Below, in pieces: positions 36,336 to 48,711 of a stretch of DNA of 50,993 nt. A model generated the notes under the pieces. The model searched no databases and was not told the origin of the DNA. It saw nothing but the letters and a program-made list of their open reading frames with translations. Made by a program: the position numbers and the translations under genes. This DNA comes from Octopus bimaculoides (lineage: Eukaryota), in contig NC_068982.1 in assembly GCF_001194135.2 (NCBI RefSeq), positions 83,355,971 to 83,406,963 of the forward strand. The letters are read 5' to 3'. Position 1 is the first letter of the stretch. The number at the start of each line of letters is the position of its first letter.

Positions 36336-36607
36336 GGTTATATGGTGTAGTGGTTAAGAGTGCAGGCTACTAACCCCAAGATTCCAAGTTCGATTCCAGG
36401 CAGTGACCTGAATAATAATAATAATAACAATAATAACATAAAAAAATACCTTAGGAATGAGAACCCAGGTGCAAAATTTCCCCAAGACACCTGATGAAGG
36501 CTGGAGGCTATATCAGCCAAAACATGTTAACAACAAACAAGATGAGGACAAATATCCATCAAATGTAAATAATGTACATAATTTCTCATCTCTTAAATAT
36601 AGAACTG
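36336..36607 (+). mobile_element. tRNA-headed SINE with (AAT)n linker and a hammerhead-ribozyme-like module; TSD TACCCCAC
   Basis: A box TGGTGTAGTGG (36343-36353), B box GTTCGATTCC (36388-36397), ACAC-CTGATGA-A-GGCTG...CAGCC-AAAAC at ~36487-36523, TACCCCAC at 36328-36335 and 36608-36615. Confidence 0.82.
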
Positions 36608-37737
36608 TACCCCACTTTTGTTCATTACTCACTGTATCCATCCTTATGTGTCTCTGACTTCCATCTCTGTCACTGTATATCCTTCTATCTTTGAACCAAT
36701 TCACATATCATTTCCTTAAGTCCCACCTATGTATTGATTTGATATTTACGGTTGCTTCTCCACACTTTCTGCACTGCCACCAATCACCTTCTTTCTATAC
36801 AACATCTGTTTCTTTCCCACCCCAACTCATACTAACCATCAACCACACCTTTGGTCTTGTTCACACCATTCACTACATTCACCTCTCGTGAACTTTAAAC
36901 ACCCACCCTTCCTGGTTTTCTGTCTCTATACTCACTTTTCACCTTGTATCCTGACACTGTATCATCACCGNNNNNNNNNNNNNNNNNNNNNNNNNNNNNN
37001 NNNNNNNNNNNNNNNNNNNNNNNNNNNNNNNNNNNNNNNNNNNNNNNNNNNNNNNNNNNNNNNNNNNNNNTTGAAAACATTATATTTATCAAAGAGTTCA
37101 TCGAAGTCACAACCGCTTTCGGAAAACACAAACTCACAAAATTTTGCAATTAACCATGAAAAAGCAACAAAACTTGAAAATGCTTATTTCCAGTCGACTT
37201 TAGACACTTTTAGGTAGTTTTATTCCTGCAAAACCACTATTCATTTTCAAGTCTAGATGGTTAATATAAGCTAGATGTGTGTTATATTTCATCGAAGTCA
37301 CAACCGTTTTCAGAAAACACAAACTCAAAATGTTTTTATTTTTCATTCCCTTTCGAAATTATCCCTATTTTTTGTTGTCTTTTGCTGCTCTTTCTAGCGG
37401 GTTAGATGGCCTATTATAGGCATCTATGCATTTTAAATGAATAATACATAGTCTATTGACTGTTTTTTACTCTCGCTAGACCACTGGTGGTAAATAAAAT
37501 TTCTAAAATTTTTTTGGTACCCTATAATTTATTAATATATATATATGACACGGTGGTGCATCAGCATGGCCGCAGCTCTAAGCTGAAACTTTAAAAAAAA
37601 AAAATGTATGTATATATATATATGTATTTTATTTATTTATTTATGTGTTTCAGCCATTAGAAGTACTTCTAACGGTCACTTACTTGGCCGTGTAACATTA
37701 TAGCTCGTAAGTTACCTCATCATTTCGCATTTGTATG

Positions 37738-37832
37738 TTGATTCCCTGAAGATGAATACATGTGGAATTCCAGCAACTCTTACTTCTTTGGAGGAGAGCA
37801 CACATATATTTTGAAACATGTGTAGGAATTAA
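37738..37832 (+). ncRNA. Type I hammerhead ribozyme motif with intact core (Penelope-LTR-like minimal stem III)
   Basis: Stem I TTGATTCC/GGAATTAA; core CTGAAGA (37746-37752); stem II GAATACATGTG...CACATATATTT; GAAAC (37813-37817), ATGT, then GTA cleavage triplet (37822-37824). Confidence 0.8.
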
Positions 37833-38013
37833 AGGAACTTTTATTTAAATGCGTTTATTGTTATTATTCATATCTACTCAAAATGCATCACTTCAACTTG
37901 GTGTCTCTACCTATAAACGGGTGTGATATCCTGTTTTTTGGTGTAATTTTTCCTACCCATGGTAACTATTAACATATTTACATTGTCAAAGGTTTTTTTT
38001 AAAACTGAGATAA

Positions 38014-38270
38014 TCTATATATATAAAAATGATAATGTGTGTATGTCTGTGTGTGTTTCCCTAAAACTCGAGAACTACACAACCAACTTCATTCAAATTT
38101 TACACACGCCTTACTTAGGGTCCTGGTTGTGTTTTAGTCAAAAAAAATGTTTAACTTCTTGCATAGTTCGAGCCCACGGCAACATAATATCTCCACTATT
38201 TAAGTATTACGTGTCAAAAGTGAAACAAAAACATTCAGGTCAAATACTTTCACTTTAAAAATGAAACTAT
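38014..38270 (+). mobile_element. Helitron 5' end, same family as 14026-15331; 3' end not found
   Basis: A|TCTATATATATAAAA start; the first ~230 bp are colinear with the reverse complement of 15100-15331. Confidence 0.85.
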
Positions 38271-39512
38271 TCCACTAACTGAAACAATCACATTTCGATA
38301 CTGTAATGACAGATACTTTCACTTTAATGGTTTCAGAGAGAGAGATGTATATGTATACATATAGATGTATATATACACGTATATGTATAGATATATATAG
38401 AGATATAGATCTATATGCATACATGTATATGTATACATATGTGTAGATGTATATATATAGATGTACATGTAATATGTACACATATATACACATATATACA
38501 TGCATACAGATATCTATACATACATACACCCATCACACACACACATTAGTCATTTGTTTTTTTTATCCAAAACTACATAAAAAGTACTGAATGGATCTTT
38601 ATGAAATTTGGAAATTATATTCTATGCATAACGGCCATAACCACCATGAAAATTCATATATTTTTGATGCTGATGTAATTTTAACCATACAGATTACGCA
38701 CAAATAAAGTAATATTTCTAAAATTTCTTCTTAGAAGTTACAAAGACCTCTTCATGGGGACTTCACACCCACAATTTAGTCATTTTTCCTAAGCAAAGAG
38801 GAATACAGTTATACCATTGGTAGCTATAGGGTCATCCGAACATAATAGATGAGCATTATTTGTAATTCAACAGTACAACAGTATAAGACTATCCTTTCAG
38901 ATATACTTACATTGTGATTTCTGCAATGTGGTGCATAAATTGTCAAGTAAATGTGAAGCATCTTTGCCTCCACTGATTCACTTGCAAAGTGTTGAGTAAA
39001 ATAAATTCTATGTTATAACAAGAAAGTTACATGAAGGTAGTGCCCGAGTATTATGAAAACAAACTGAATATAGTAAGGACTGTAGTAAGCCTCTTGTTCT
39101 TTGTACATACTGAAGCAAAATAGCTAAGTGAATAAGTATTGATCTTGTGAGTTCAAACCACTACAGGCATGTTATCATCTGTGTAAAGAGTATTTAATTC
39201 TATAAGCCCAATTTACAAATTTCAGTAGATTCATCTACATGATTTAACACACAAGAATCTAAAGTCAAGCATATTTCTATGGGCCTCTTACAAAGATTTT
39301 ATTCCTTTGTATACTTAGATAAAATATTTAACTATATTGGATTCAATATGGTATCAGGATGAAATAAATTCAATTTTGAATCAGAAGTCTTAATTGCCAT
39401 AAAAGTATAAAGCAAAAAAATTTCTAAAAGAATAAATGAAAAAGCGAGCACATTTTATCAATCCTGTTAGAAGCTAACTACTTGCACTTGCTTAAAGAAA
39501 CTTGTTAGCATT

Positions 39513-39733
39513 CTCATCCACACATTTATTAATTAGTCACAGGGACATTTATTAATTTGTCAGTCAGGTTGCTGTTGTTTTTAAATTACAGTAAGAAATT
39601 GATGGGAGAAATGATAAAATAAAGTATTAGTGTAAGCAATAAATTACACCAAATTTAAAACAAAATTAAATAACTCCTTTGTTGCTGAAGTAATTAGTTC
39701 TCCTATTTTTCAAAACCTATTGCTGGTGGAGAA
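39513..39733 (+). repeat. Inverted, diverged duplicate of the FNBP1L-like intron/exon junction 45144-45381
   Basis: ttacagtaagaaattgatgggagaaatgataaaataa...tatttttcaaaacctattgctggtggagaa versus minus-strand ttacagtaagaacttgatgggagaaatgataaaataa...tatttttcagacctatagctggtggagaa. Confidence 0.88.
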
Positions 39734-40991
39734 CTGCAAGATATTTTCTAATCAACATGATGTTTTTCTTCACACTGTGCTGATAAAACAATATATACAT
39801 GTATGATAGGCTTCCACATGATTTCCTTTGACCAGATTCCATTCAGGAGTCACTGGCCAAGCTAAAGCTACAGCAGAAGACAGTCAAGATGCTAAAGTGG
39901 AAGTGAACATGGAACCTTATAGTTGCAAAGTAAACATCTTAAGCAGATGACCATACAGGTATTTACAAATATATTTAATGTTCATTTAAACTGAATGTCT
40001 AAAAAAAGAATGAAAGAAGAAACTCAAAACATTTGCAATTCAAATTAAAACATAGCAAGAATTACTTTTTTATTACTTTATTTATACATATTTTTATTTA
40101 ATTTTAGCAAATCATTTTTTAAATCTTAACTCCATTTTTCATATATTCCTGACAGATTTAAATAAAATCAGTTCTCTGAGAGAGAAGTAAAAGAACTAGT
40201 GTGAACTTACCACTAAGCCAGATGTCTCACGAGAAAGGGCATGGAATGAGGGAAGATCCACCCCCCCCCCAAAAAAAATTCTGGGCATTAATAATGAACT
40301 GGATATTTTCATTCTAAGTAGCTTCTAAGCTGAGACCTGAAAACAGTAAACCAATCCACACTAGTATGAAGATTGGGGGAGTGGGTTAAATTACATTTCT
40401 TAATTTAATTTTTACAATTATCAAAAGCAAATAATTAGGGATTTGTAAGCAAGCTGTAGAAATTTTATACCCCTCCTTTTTTGGAAGTTATTTCAATTTC
40501 ATTCTCCTGGTTATTATTATTNNNNNNNNNNNNNNNNNNNNNNNNNNNNNNNNNNNNNNNNNNNNNNNNNNNNNNNNNNNNNNNNNNNNNNNNNNNNNNN
40601 NNNNNNNNNNNNNNNNNNNNNNNNNNNNNNNNNNNNNNNNNNNNNNNNNNNNNNNNNNNNNNNNNNNNNNNNNNNNNNNNNNNNNNNNNNNNNNNNNNNN
40701 NNNNNNNNNNNNNNNNNNNNNNNNNNNNNNNNNNNNNNNNNNNNNNNNNNNNNNNNNNNNNNNNNNNNNNNNNNNNNNNNNNNNNNNNNNNNNNNNNNNN
40801 NNNNNNNNNNNNNNNNNNNNNNNNNNNNNNNNNNNNNNNNNNNNNNNNNNNNNNNNNNNNNNNNNNNNNNNNNNNNNNNNNNNNNNNNNNNNNNNNNNNN
40901 NNNNNNNNNNNNNNNNNNNNNNNNNNNNNNNNNNNNNNNNNNNNNNNNNNNNNNNNNNNNNNNNNNNNNNNNNNNNNNNNNNNNNNNNNNN

Positions 40992-41029
<38 letters not shown>

Positions 41030-42467
41030 GAAACAGAAATGAAAGATATATGCATCAAAGAATAGGATCAAATGCCAATAATTATGTAAAAGGAAATTCT
41101 GAATTTGTTTATTGTTAGTTATAATAAAAATCTCTTCAAATGAACATACAAAATTATAATATTTTAAATGGGATGTTTTTATTTCTGAAAATTCATCTAT
41201 GTGAATTTGTTTTTTTTTTCTTTCTATTGATTTTCTGTAAACATACACAGTGAGGAAATGAAATTTATCCAAACAAAACAACCAGAGTACCAATCATTGG
41301 CACAAAGTTGATAAAGAATTGAACAGTTGGTAATTATTGGTGAAGAATTGAAGTAATCTTCTTAATACACTATTCTGATTGCAAGCTTACTTTTAAATAA
41401 AAAACAAAAATAAGTTTCAACTACCTTAATTTTTATTTAATAACATAAAAACAAGGAACTGGTATTTCTTTTAGTTTTGAATCTGAGAAAAATTGTCAAG
41501 ATCTCATGTTTGTAAATATTATCCAATGGACAAAAATCACCAGAATTTAAGGTAGCAATTTAATCTTGGCAAAGTATATCTAGATATATAAAAAAAAAAG
41601 CTCAATATCTGAATAGTTGAATAAAAAGTTAATACTTTAAGTTGCTGCTTTTAAAAATAAAGTTGCATACCTAGCTTAGTGTATTTCACACAAATGGAAA
41701 ACATATTACGTTAGAATCTAATAATACCAAGGAGAACATGAAATGTTCTTCCAACAAAGAGCCTTTCTGCAAACAGACAATGGCATTGTTAAACTTAAAA
41801 ATCCACACATTTTATATGTATGTATTTGTACACACACACACACAAAATACAAGAATGTTTTCCTTTCTTCAGCAACCACGTTTGCATAGATACCTCCATC
41901 ATTGAACAATGAATATACTCAAATGATTTAATTTCTGAAGTGTTCAGTCAATCTTAATTGATTTGATTTATTTTTTTTATCTTGTATTTCCATTATACGT
42001 AAGCTACTACACTGAGAGGAAATAATCTTGAACAAAATCTTTAGAAATTTCATAAAATATATAACATTTTTGCTGTATAGATATAACATGAGTTTGAAAA
42101 GTGATGAGATCTTTCTAAAAAATCACATTACAATCCAGGTATGCGATCCTCCTAAGAGAATTATACTACAGTTCAACTGTAATCTTCTCAAGAAAATCAC
42201 ATTACAGTTTAGCTTTGAAGCTCTGTTAAGGAGATATTGCTGCAATTATCTAGTCTTGTAAGTTGATAGTATTACAGTTCAATTGTATAACCCTCCCAAG
42301 AAAATCATACTAGAATCCAACCACATGCCTGGCCTTGAAGTTAACACTAACCCAGCTATAATAGCCCTTCTGTAAAGCTCACAAATACAATCAAACCATG
42401 CAGCCTAAATAGATAATTATATAAATCAGCAATGAAATAATAAAAGCATCATTGTACATTAATAAAA

Positions 42468-42536
<69 letters not shown>

Positions 42537-44659
42537 TACATCTTAATAATTGTTACTATCTCTCAAATATCTTTCTTTTTCATTTTATCATCTCAGAAGA
42601 TTTTGAGTCATGTTTTTGTAAATTCAGCATACACAATGAACAAAAACAACTCAAAAATAACAGAAAGTAGTAAAGAGAGGATCTGCATAACAAACTTTTT
42701 TTTAGAGAACCTAGACTGAGAAACAGAAATTACAGAACTCTGTTAATGAGAGGGAGACCAAAGTATTACACACATATGCATCCTGACACTTATATTTTAA
42801 TAGTATGACTATTTTTTTAAAGTAAGCTTTAACAGAATTGTTAATTGCACATATAATTGTAGTGTCAAACTAATATCAAACAAATAATTATAGCTGAACA
42901 TGAACTAAGGAAGTTGGTCCTTTGTGTGTGTGTGTGTGTGTGTGTGTGTTGGAAGAGACATACTGAGAAATAATGAAAGTATACAAAGTAACAAAAACAA
43001 AAAAAGTTTGGAAACACAATCAGAAAGACATAGTATAGAAAATAGAAAAATAGATGGGTAAATAACACTGGCTTTCTTTCCAGCTAATTTAACATATCAG
43101 TGTGTTCATTCAAATAAGAAGGAAGAGGAAGAAACACTCAGGTTTCCTTTTACCTTTTGTTTCACTCAAAGATCTGTAAAAATGAAATATTTTTCATGAT
43201 TGTTTTATTTGTATACCTTTGTTTATCACAGATTTTCATTGAAACCAGACTACAACTGAGAGTTGCACATAAAAGACAACCAGAGCTGTTAATTTCTATG
43301 GATAAATCCATTAAGTACAACAGGCTTAGATGATGTTAATGAAATAATTCCATGTTGTTCAGAACAAAGTGAAATCATGCATTCATATATGTGTGAGTGT
43401 ATATATAACACATTCACATGTATACATATATGCTTGTGTGTGTAATTTTAGAGTAATAAATGTGAAATGCTTCAATGACATTATAAGAGACAGGAGATAG
43501 TGGCTAAGAATAAGACAGGTTTTTTTTTTCCTTTTTCCCATGCATACTTAGATCATGTGAGCAACACACCAAGAGGTCACTGTGGAAGAGCACTTACAAA
43601 GTGAGAGTTTCAATGAAATTTTGTAGCTACAAGAATGTCAGAAATATTGCAGTTGGTATACTGAAGGCAGTTTGATTAAGGACCATTTAGGGTGTAAATA
43701 TTTTATAAAACAATTCATAAAGTACATATGTATATACTAGATCTTGGAGTAGGGAGTAATTATAACTGATGAAAATTAAATTAGAAGTATATAGGAATTA
43801 TTTGAAATAAAAAGTTAATTGCTAAAAATTTGAAAATTTACAAGATCAGGATTAACTTAGCATATATAATTTGAGAAGACAGTTTAAAAATATTTTGGAG
43901 TTAAAATGTAAAATTATTTTATCATATATAGTTGTGGGTAACTAAAAGATTTGTCACTGTTTTTCCTGAAATTATTCTCTTTTTAAGCATCACCCTTACT
44001 TCCTTTTTTACAGTATTATGAATATGATTTTCTGAAATATATTAATAAATTTGTTTATTTTTTTAATATTAAATGTGACTGGGACTAGAGAAAAAATCTT
44101 AAGAAATTAAAACAATTCCAATCAGCATAAATTTTAGGTGCACTATTCATCCTTATGTGCAGCCACTGATTCAAAACTAGTCAACAGACAACAAGGATAG
44201 TTGTCTGTGCAACCATTAACAAATTTGCAGGATTTTAAACTTTTTTTACACCAACTGTTTAGGTATTTAAAACAAAAGAAGAAAAAGAAACTCTGCAGTT
44301 ATTGTCTCATGTTATACAAAGTACATGCTAAAAACAATGCTTCCTGCAATGCACTTAAGTATAATCTTATTACTAAAGAGCTAATTAACTTCTTTAGCTG
44401 TCCCCACTATTTTGCCATTCAGCAGATAATGATTCTTTCTTTTTGTTTCTTTTTATGAATTGTAAGATATTTTTGTTTGATGCTTATTTCAATGCTCTTA
44501 TGAAATGGATGATTTAGTTGCACTGATGGAATCTAACCGGTTCATCATCTGATATCTAATGGTAGTTTAACATGTAAACAGCTGAAATGTATTGCTGCAT
44601 TCCATGTGAGAGCAAAATACTGTCCCATTGATCAACTTACAACTGAACCATAGTGACTA

Positions 44660-44814
44660 TTAAAGTCCATACAATGTACACTGAATATAAGAGCTAGGGA
44701 CAAATCCATCTGAGCCATTTTTCTTGCGAACACGAGTCCAGCCATCACCTTGATCTTGTTCAAGAATAAGCATCTGTTCATTTTCTTCCATTGATATTGA
44801 GCCTTCATTCATTG
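44660..44814 (-). CDS. FNBP1L: Last coding exon of an FNBP1L/CIP4/Toca-1-family F-BAR protein (C-terminal SH3)
   Basis: ttttatctttccag|CA ATG AAT GAA... gives AMNEGSISMEENEQMLILEQDQGDGWTRVRKKNGSDGFVPSSYIQCTLYGL*. The GDGWTRVR...G(F/Y)VP(S/T)SY signature is typical of CIP4/FNBP1/FNBP1L SH3 domains; the exact paralogue label is nominal. Confidence 0.9.
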
Positions 44815-45022
44815 CTGGAAAGATAAAAAAGATTAACTTTCTTGCAAGGCATAAATAAAAATGAAGCCATCTTAATTGACTAAAAAGTAATTAGAGCAAT
44901 TTTTAAGCTAATATTTCCTGATTTCTTCTATTTATTTTACACACATTTGCATAAATTGATATTTCCAATTCTTTTATCACTAATAAAACTGTTGTTGAGA
45001 GAAATCTAAATATATTGACTAC

Positions 45023-45162
45023 CTTCAAACTGGTAAAGAGCACGACAAGATCCAATGACCGGAAACTCATCAAATTCCTCTTCGGTTGATTCTTGGTCAG
45101 CATAATCAATTTCTCCCCCTCCATCAACTTCCTCACCACCATCTTCTCCACCAGCTATAGGT
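45023..45162 (-). CDS. FNBP1L: Penultimate coding exon of the FNBP1L-like gene (acidic linker + SH3 start)
   Basis: ttatttttcag|A CCT ATA... gives PIAGGEDGGEEVDGGGEIDYADQESTEEEFDEFPVIGSCRALYQFE, then G|gt. 140 nt, phase 2 to phase 1, and splices in frame to the last exon. Confidence 0.9.
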
Positions 45163-46622
45163 CTGAAAAATAAGATAAAAATTTGTGAGATATTAATTAC
45201 TTTAGCAACAACAGGAGTTGCTTAATTTTGTTTCAAACTTGATATAACTTATGTCTTACACTAGTATTTTATTTTATCATTTCTCCCATCAAGTTCTTAC
45301 TGTAATTTGAAAACAATAGCATATTGGCTGGGACTAAAGCATATTGGCTGGGACTAAATAATTAATAAATGTACAGATGAGGAAGATAATAAATGCAGCT
45401 AAATTAAGTGGCACTGATATTTAGAAGAACTCACAGAAATATAAAATTAACATTCATGAACATATGGAAGACTTGAACATGGTATATAATTAACGAGTTT
45501 AGTTTAATGAAATAAAAGGACAATATAGAAAAGATATAAGAAGTTTAGGTTAACTATTTTTAACTAATGACATTTAAGATATATCTAAAGTAAAAAGAGA
45601 TGGGTAGGGGTAGTGTTTTATATAATTATAAATGAATATGTAAATATGTGTATATAGAAGAAACCTGAGCTCATTTTATTTAGATCTTCAATTAACTGTA
45701 AGAAATTCGAATACTTTCATGATAGACAAAAGTTTAGACAAACAATTTTACTTTGATAAATATTACATCATTTAGCTGAATAGTGTGAAATAATTTGGCC
45801 TATGACACTGATTGTCCCAAAACAACAAAAACAAAGAAAAAAGTCTTGCATTTTACAGTCTTCTATAGGATGATGCTTTCCTAAAGGTATTGTACACTAG
45901 ACTATTTATCTCAGACTGCTAGTACTTTGACCTTGCTCAAGACTGTGATATTATTTACTCTAACATCTTACAATTAATTTTGCATTTGCTTCATCTAATT
46001 TTTAATGCTGAAATTCATTGTAATTAAAAGTCTGCCTCCATAGCATCATCAGTCTTATCTATCAGTGTACACTGATCTCTAGCAATACATCGCATAATAT
46101 TCCTTGATGAAATGTGAATCACTTGTTGGCTGGTCTTACTCACCTATCAGTCACACAAACTATCAGTAGTCATAACTTAATTTATCTGAGCTGAGTTTTA
46201 GATTTTGTTTTAGTATGCGTGTTTCATGTACTATTAATGCTAGCCTTTTCTAAATTAGGATTTCTACAATATTTCCATATCCCACATTTCTTATTGTCAT
46301 CAAGTTTAATCAAAATTTTCTTTATACTATATTTTTATTGTGTTATGAAAACAACTCTCTACAGAAGAAATTCAATTTGAACCAATAAAACAAATGAACT
46401 TTATATGAAATATAATGTAATGATCACCTGTTACAGAGCCAACCTTTTTTGATAGAATGATATCTTAGTACATACTAAAGCTGATATGCACAATATATTT
46501 TAAAAAATAGACCATTTATGGCATTTCTGATATACTGTTGTTATTTCAATGAAACAAAAAATTCATGCAAAACCCAAAATGTAAAACAAAGTGGCATCTC
46601 AAATAATAAAAATCAAAAATAC

Positions 46623-46661
46623 ATGTCATAAATATCTACTGCTGCCTCCTCTCCTCCACAA
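46623..46661 (-). CDS. Candidate 39-nt symmetric (phase 2-2) microexon, CGGEEAAVDIYD(I)
   Basis: ttgctacttctgtag|...|gtattt; open reading frame; composition matches the adjacent acidic Gly-rich exon; creates YDIP at the junction. Confidence 0.6.
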
Positions 46662-46824
46662 CTACAGAAGTAGCAATACAGTGTTAAACTAAACATAATT
46701 TAAAGGGTAAAAATTAGAAGAGCAAAATACACTAAAACACAACACAACACTAGGTACAAAGCAAGTTCAAGCATATAGGACGAAAGTTAAGCAAAAATAT
46801 ACAGTTGATTAGCCATTCACTTAC

Positions 46825-46861
46825 AGCCGAGCAAAAGTGCAACACTTAGATAAGTAAGAAA
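46825..46861 (-). CDS. Candidate 37-nt microexon (phase 1 to 2), (V)SYLSKCCTFAR(L)
   Basis: Long pyrimidine tract with AAG acceptor and GTAAGT donor; in frame only together with the 11-nt candidate. Confidence 0.45.
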
Positions 46862-48700
46862 CTTATTAGAAACAAAATAGAAGAGAAAGAGGGGAGTACA
46901 GAAAGGAAACACAATTGTGAAATTATGACAAATACGAGAAACCAGAGTTTAACAAGAAACACACAAACAAAAAAAAAAAAGAAAAACCTAACTTGTATGT
47001 AATTTGTGAATCAGTAATTAAATGCACATATTATTCTAGCTGCACATGAGGAAAAACTCTTTTATCATAAGAATCCATTATAATGATTTCTAGCTTAAGT
47101 ATGCATGATGGGGTTACATACATTTGGGGAGAAGGGGGTGGATAATATGAATCCCTTGTATTTGGCTAGCAGTTTATTTTAGAAGGATAAAAGGAAAAGT
47201 GGATCCTGGGATTTGAACTCCGAAATTAAGAGATATATAATTTATTTATGTAAGTCATTTCATTTGAAAGTCTACCAATTCTACCATCAATAATAATAAT
47301 TTTGTATTTTGGCACAGGAGCATTGAAAGGCAAAACTAACTGTGGCAAGATTTGAACTTACACAAAATCAAATATTGCAAAGTACCTTATCTGTCACTTC
47401 ACTATAATAATAAGCAGGAAAAATAAGAAGTCATACAAATGTTGCCAATTTTCGTTTGTAAGAGATACCACTACATTTCTTTTTCAATGGAAAATACTGA
47501 TATGGGAAATTCTTTAAAGTTCTGAATCACACATGACTACACTTCAAATATTTTAGCTTCATTTTGAAAAGAACTTCCTATTTACAGCATGAGTTTTTTT
47601 TTTTTTTTTTGTGTATGTGCATGTGGTTTATTTCTTCCTTTGATTTTTGAGGATCATGGCAGTAGTAAGAAACTCTCAGGAGAGTTGAACAGTAGGTCTT
47701 CAGAGAAGAAACTCTTATCAGGTAAGTGTTTTGGCCCTTCTTACACCCTAAGGGAGTCAGGCTGCATTCAGGTCATGACTTCTGCTGAAACTTTTTGTCA
47801 CTTGGATATTGAAGACATGTTGTGCATTCAAACCATATGGAGAATTTGTTGACAAGATCTTACTGGAAATCCTCTTCATTGTCTCTACTTTCAAACTTAT
47901 ATTCCTTGAGTTTAGAAATACCACTAATAGTCATGGTAGTGGTGAAATGTCAATAATATCAATGCTGCCACCAACACTACCACCATAGCTCACTCAGAGT
48001 TACTTCCCTTAGCCTGTTAAAATGCACATTTATTGCCCTCAAACGGTATGGAGGTTGTTTTTGTTCCTCTTTGATCAGAACCAGTGGGAAAACCTTTCCG
48101 CTGCTTCTGGTATTGTCTTTAAGACTTTAGTCCTCTTCCTTGCAGAGATTGAGAATTATTTCATGAGACTGTAAGTAGATTTGACTACAAAGCATCTGGC
48201 TCCCAGAAGTTGGCTCCCCTCATGCTGCTGATCATTTTACTTTCAAATGACATGGTGAGTTGAAGCAAAATCAGCTATTTTGATAAAATGGAATGAAGTA
48301 TGATATCTGGCCTCAATTCATTTCTTCCTGATGATTTATGGTTGTTTTGATGATTCCGAGAGGTCTGCTGTGTACTTTCAGTCATCTGCACCACCCATTA
48401 GAAAATGGTAAAGGTTAAAAAAAAATTTACTTATTGACCTGATTCAAATGTAACGTCTTTGTATACTGGTGGGTTTGTAAGATGAGCATAATTATAGTAA
48501 TAAGAGTAAATAACACTAATTTGTTAATGATGTGGCCCTTACAAAATCCTTTGAATGGAGGTAGTGAAGGCATAATTGGAGTTGTGCAGCTTTCAAGTTA
48601 CAGAGACCAACTGGAGCACAAATTTAGCTGAGACAAAACAAAAACTGATGCTCAGGAATTGATGTCTTGTAAATGTGAAAACTATGTGTAATCAACTTAC

Positions 48701-48711
48701 CTGTATTCAAC
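48701..48711 (-). CDS. Candidate 11-nt microexon GTTGAATACAG (phase 2 to 1)
   Basis: ttttcacctgcccaaatag|GTTGAATACAG|gtaagt; 11+37 = 48 nt restores the frame. Confidence 0.4.

Noticed and set aside
36336-36410. Possible tRNA gene (also 22163-22235)
   Set aside because: The acceptor stem does not close properly and the sequence continues into a SINE body; these are SINE heads, not tRNA genes.
47640-47730. Plus-strand segment ending CAG|GTAAGT (DHGSSKKLSGELNSRSSEKKLLS)
   Set aside because: Poor acceptor (GAG), antisense within the F-BAR intron, no recognisable homology.
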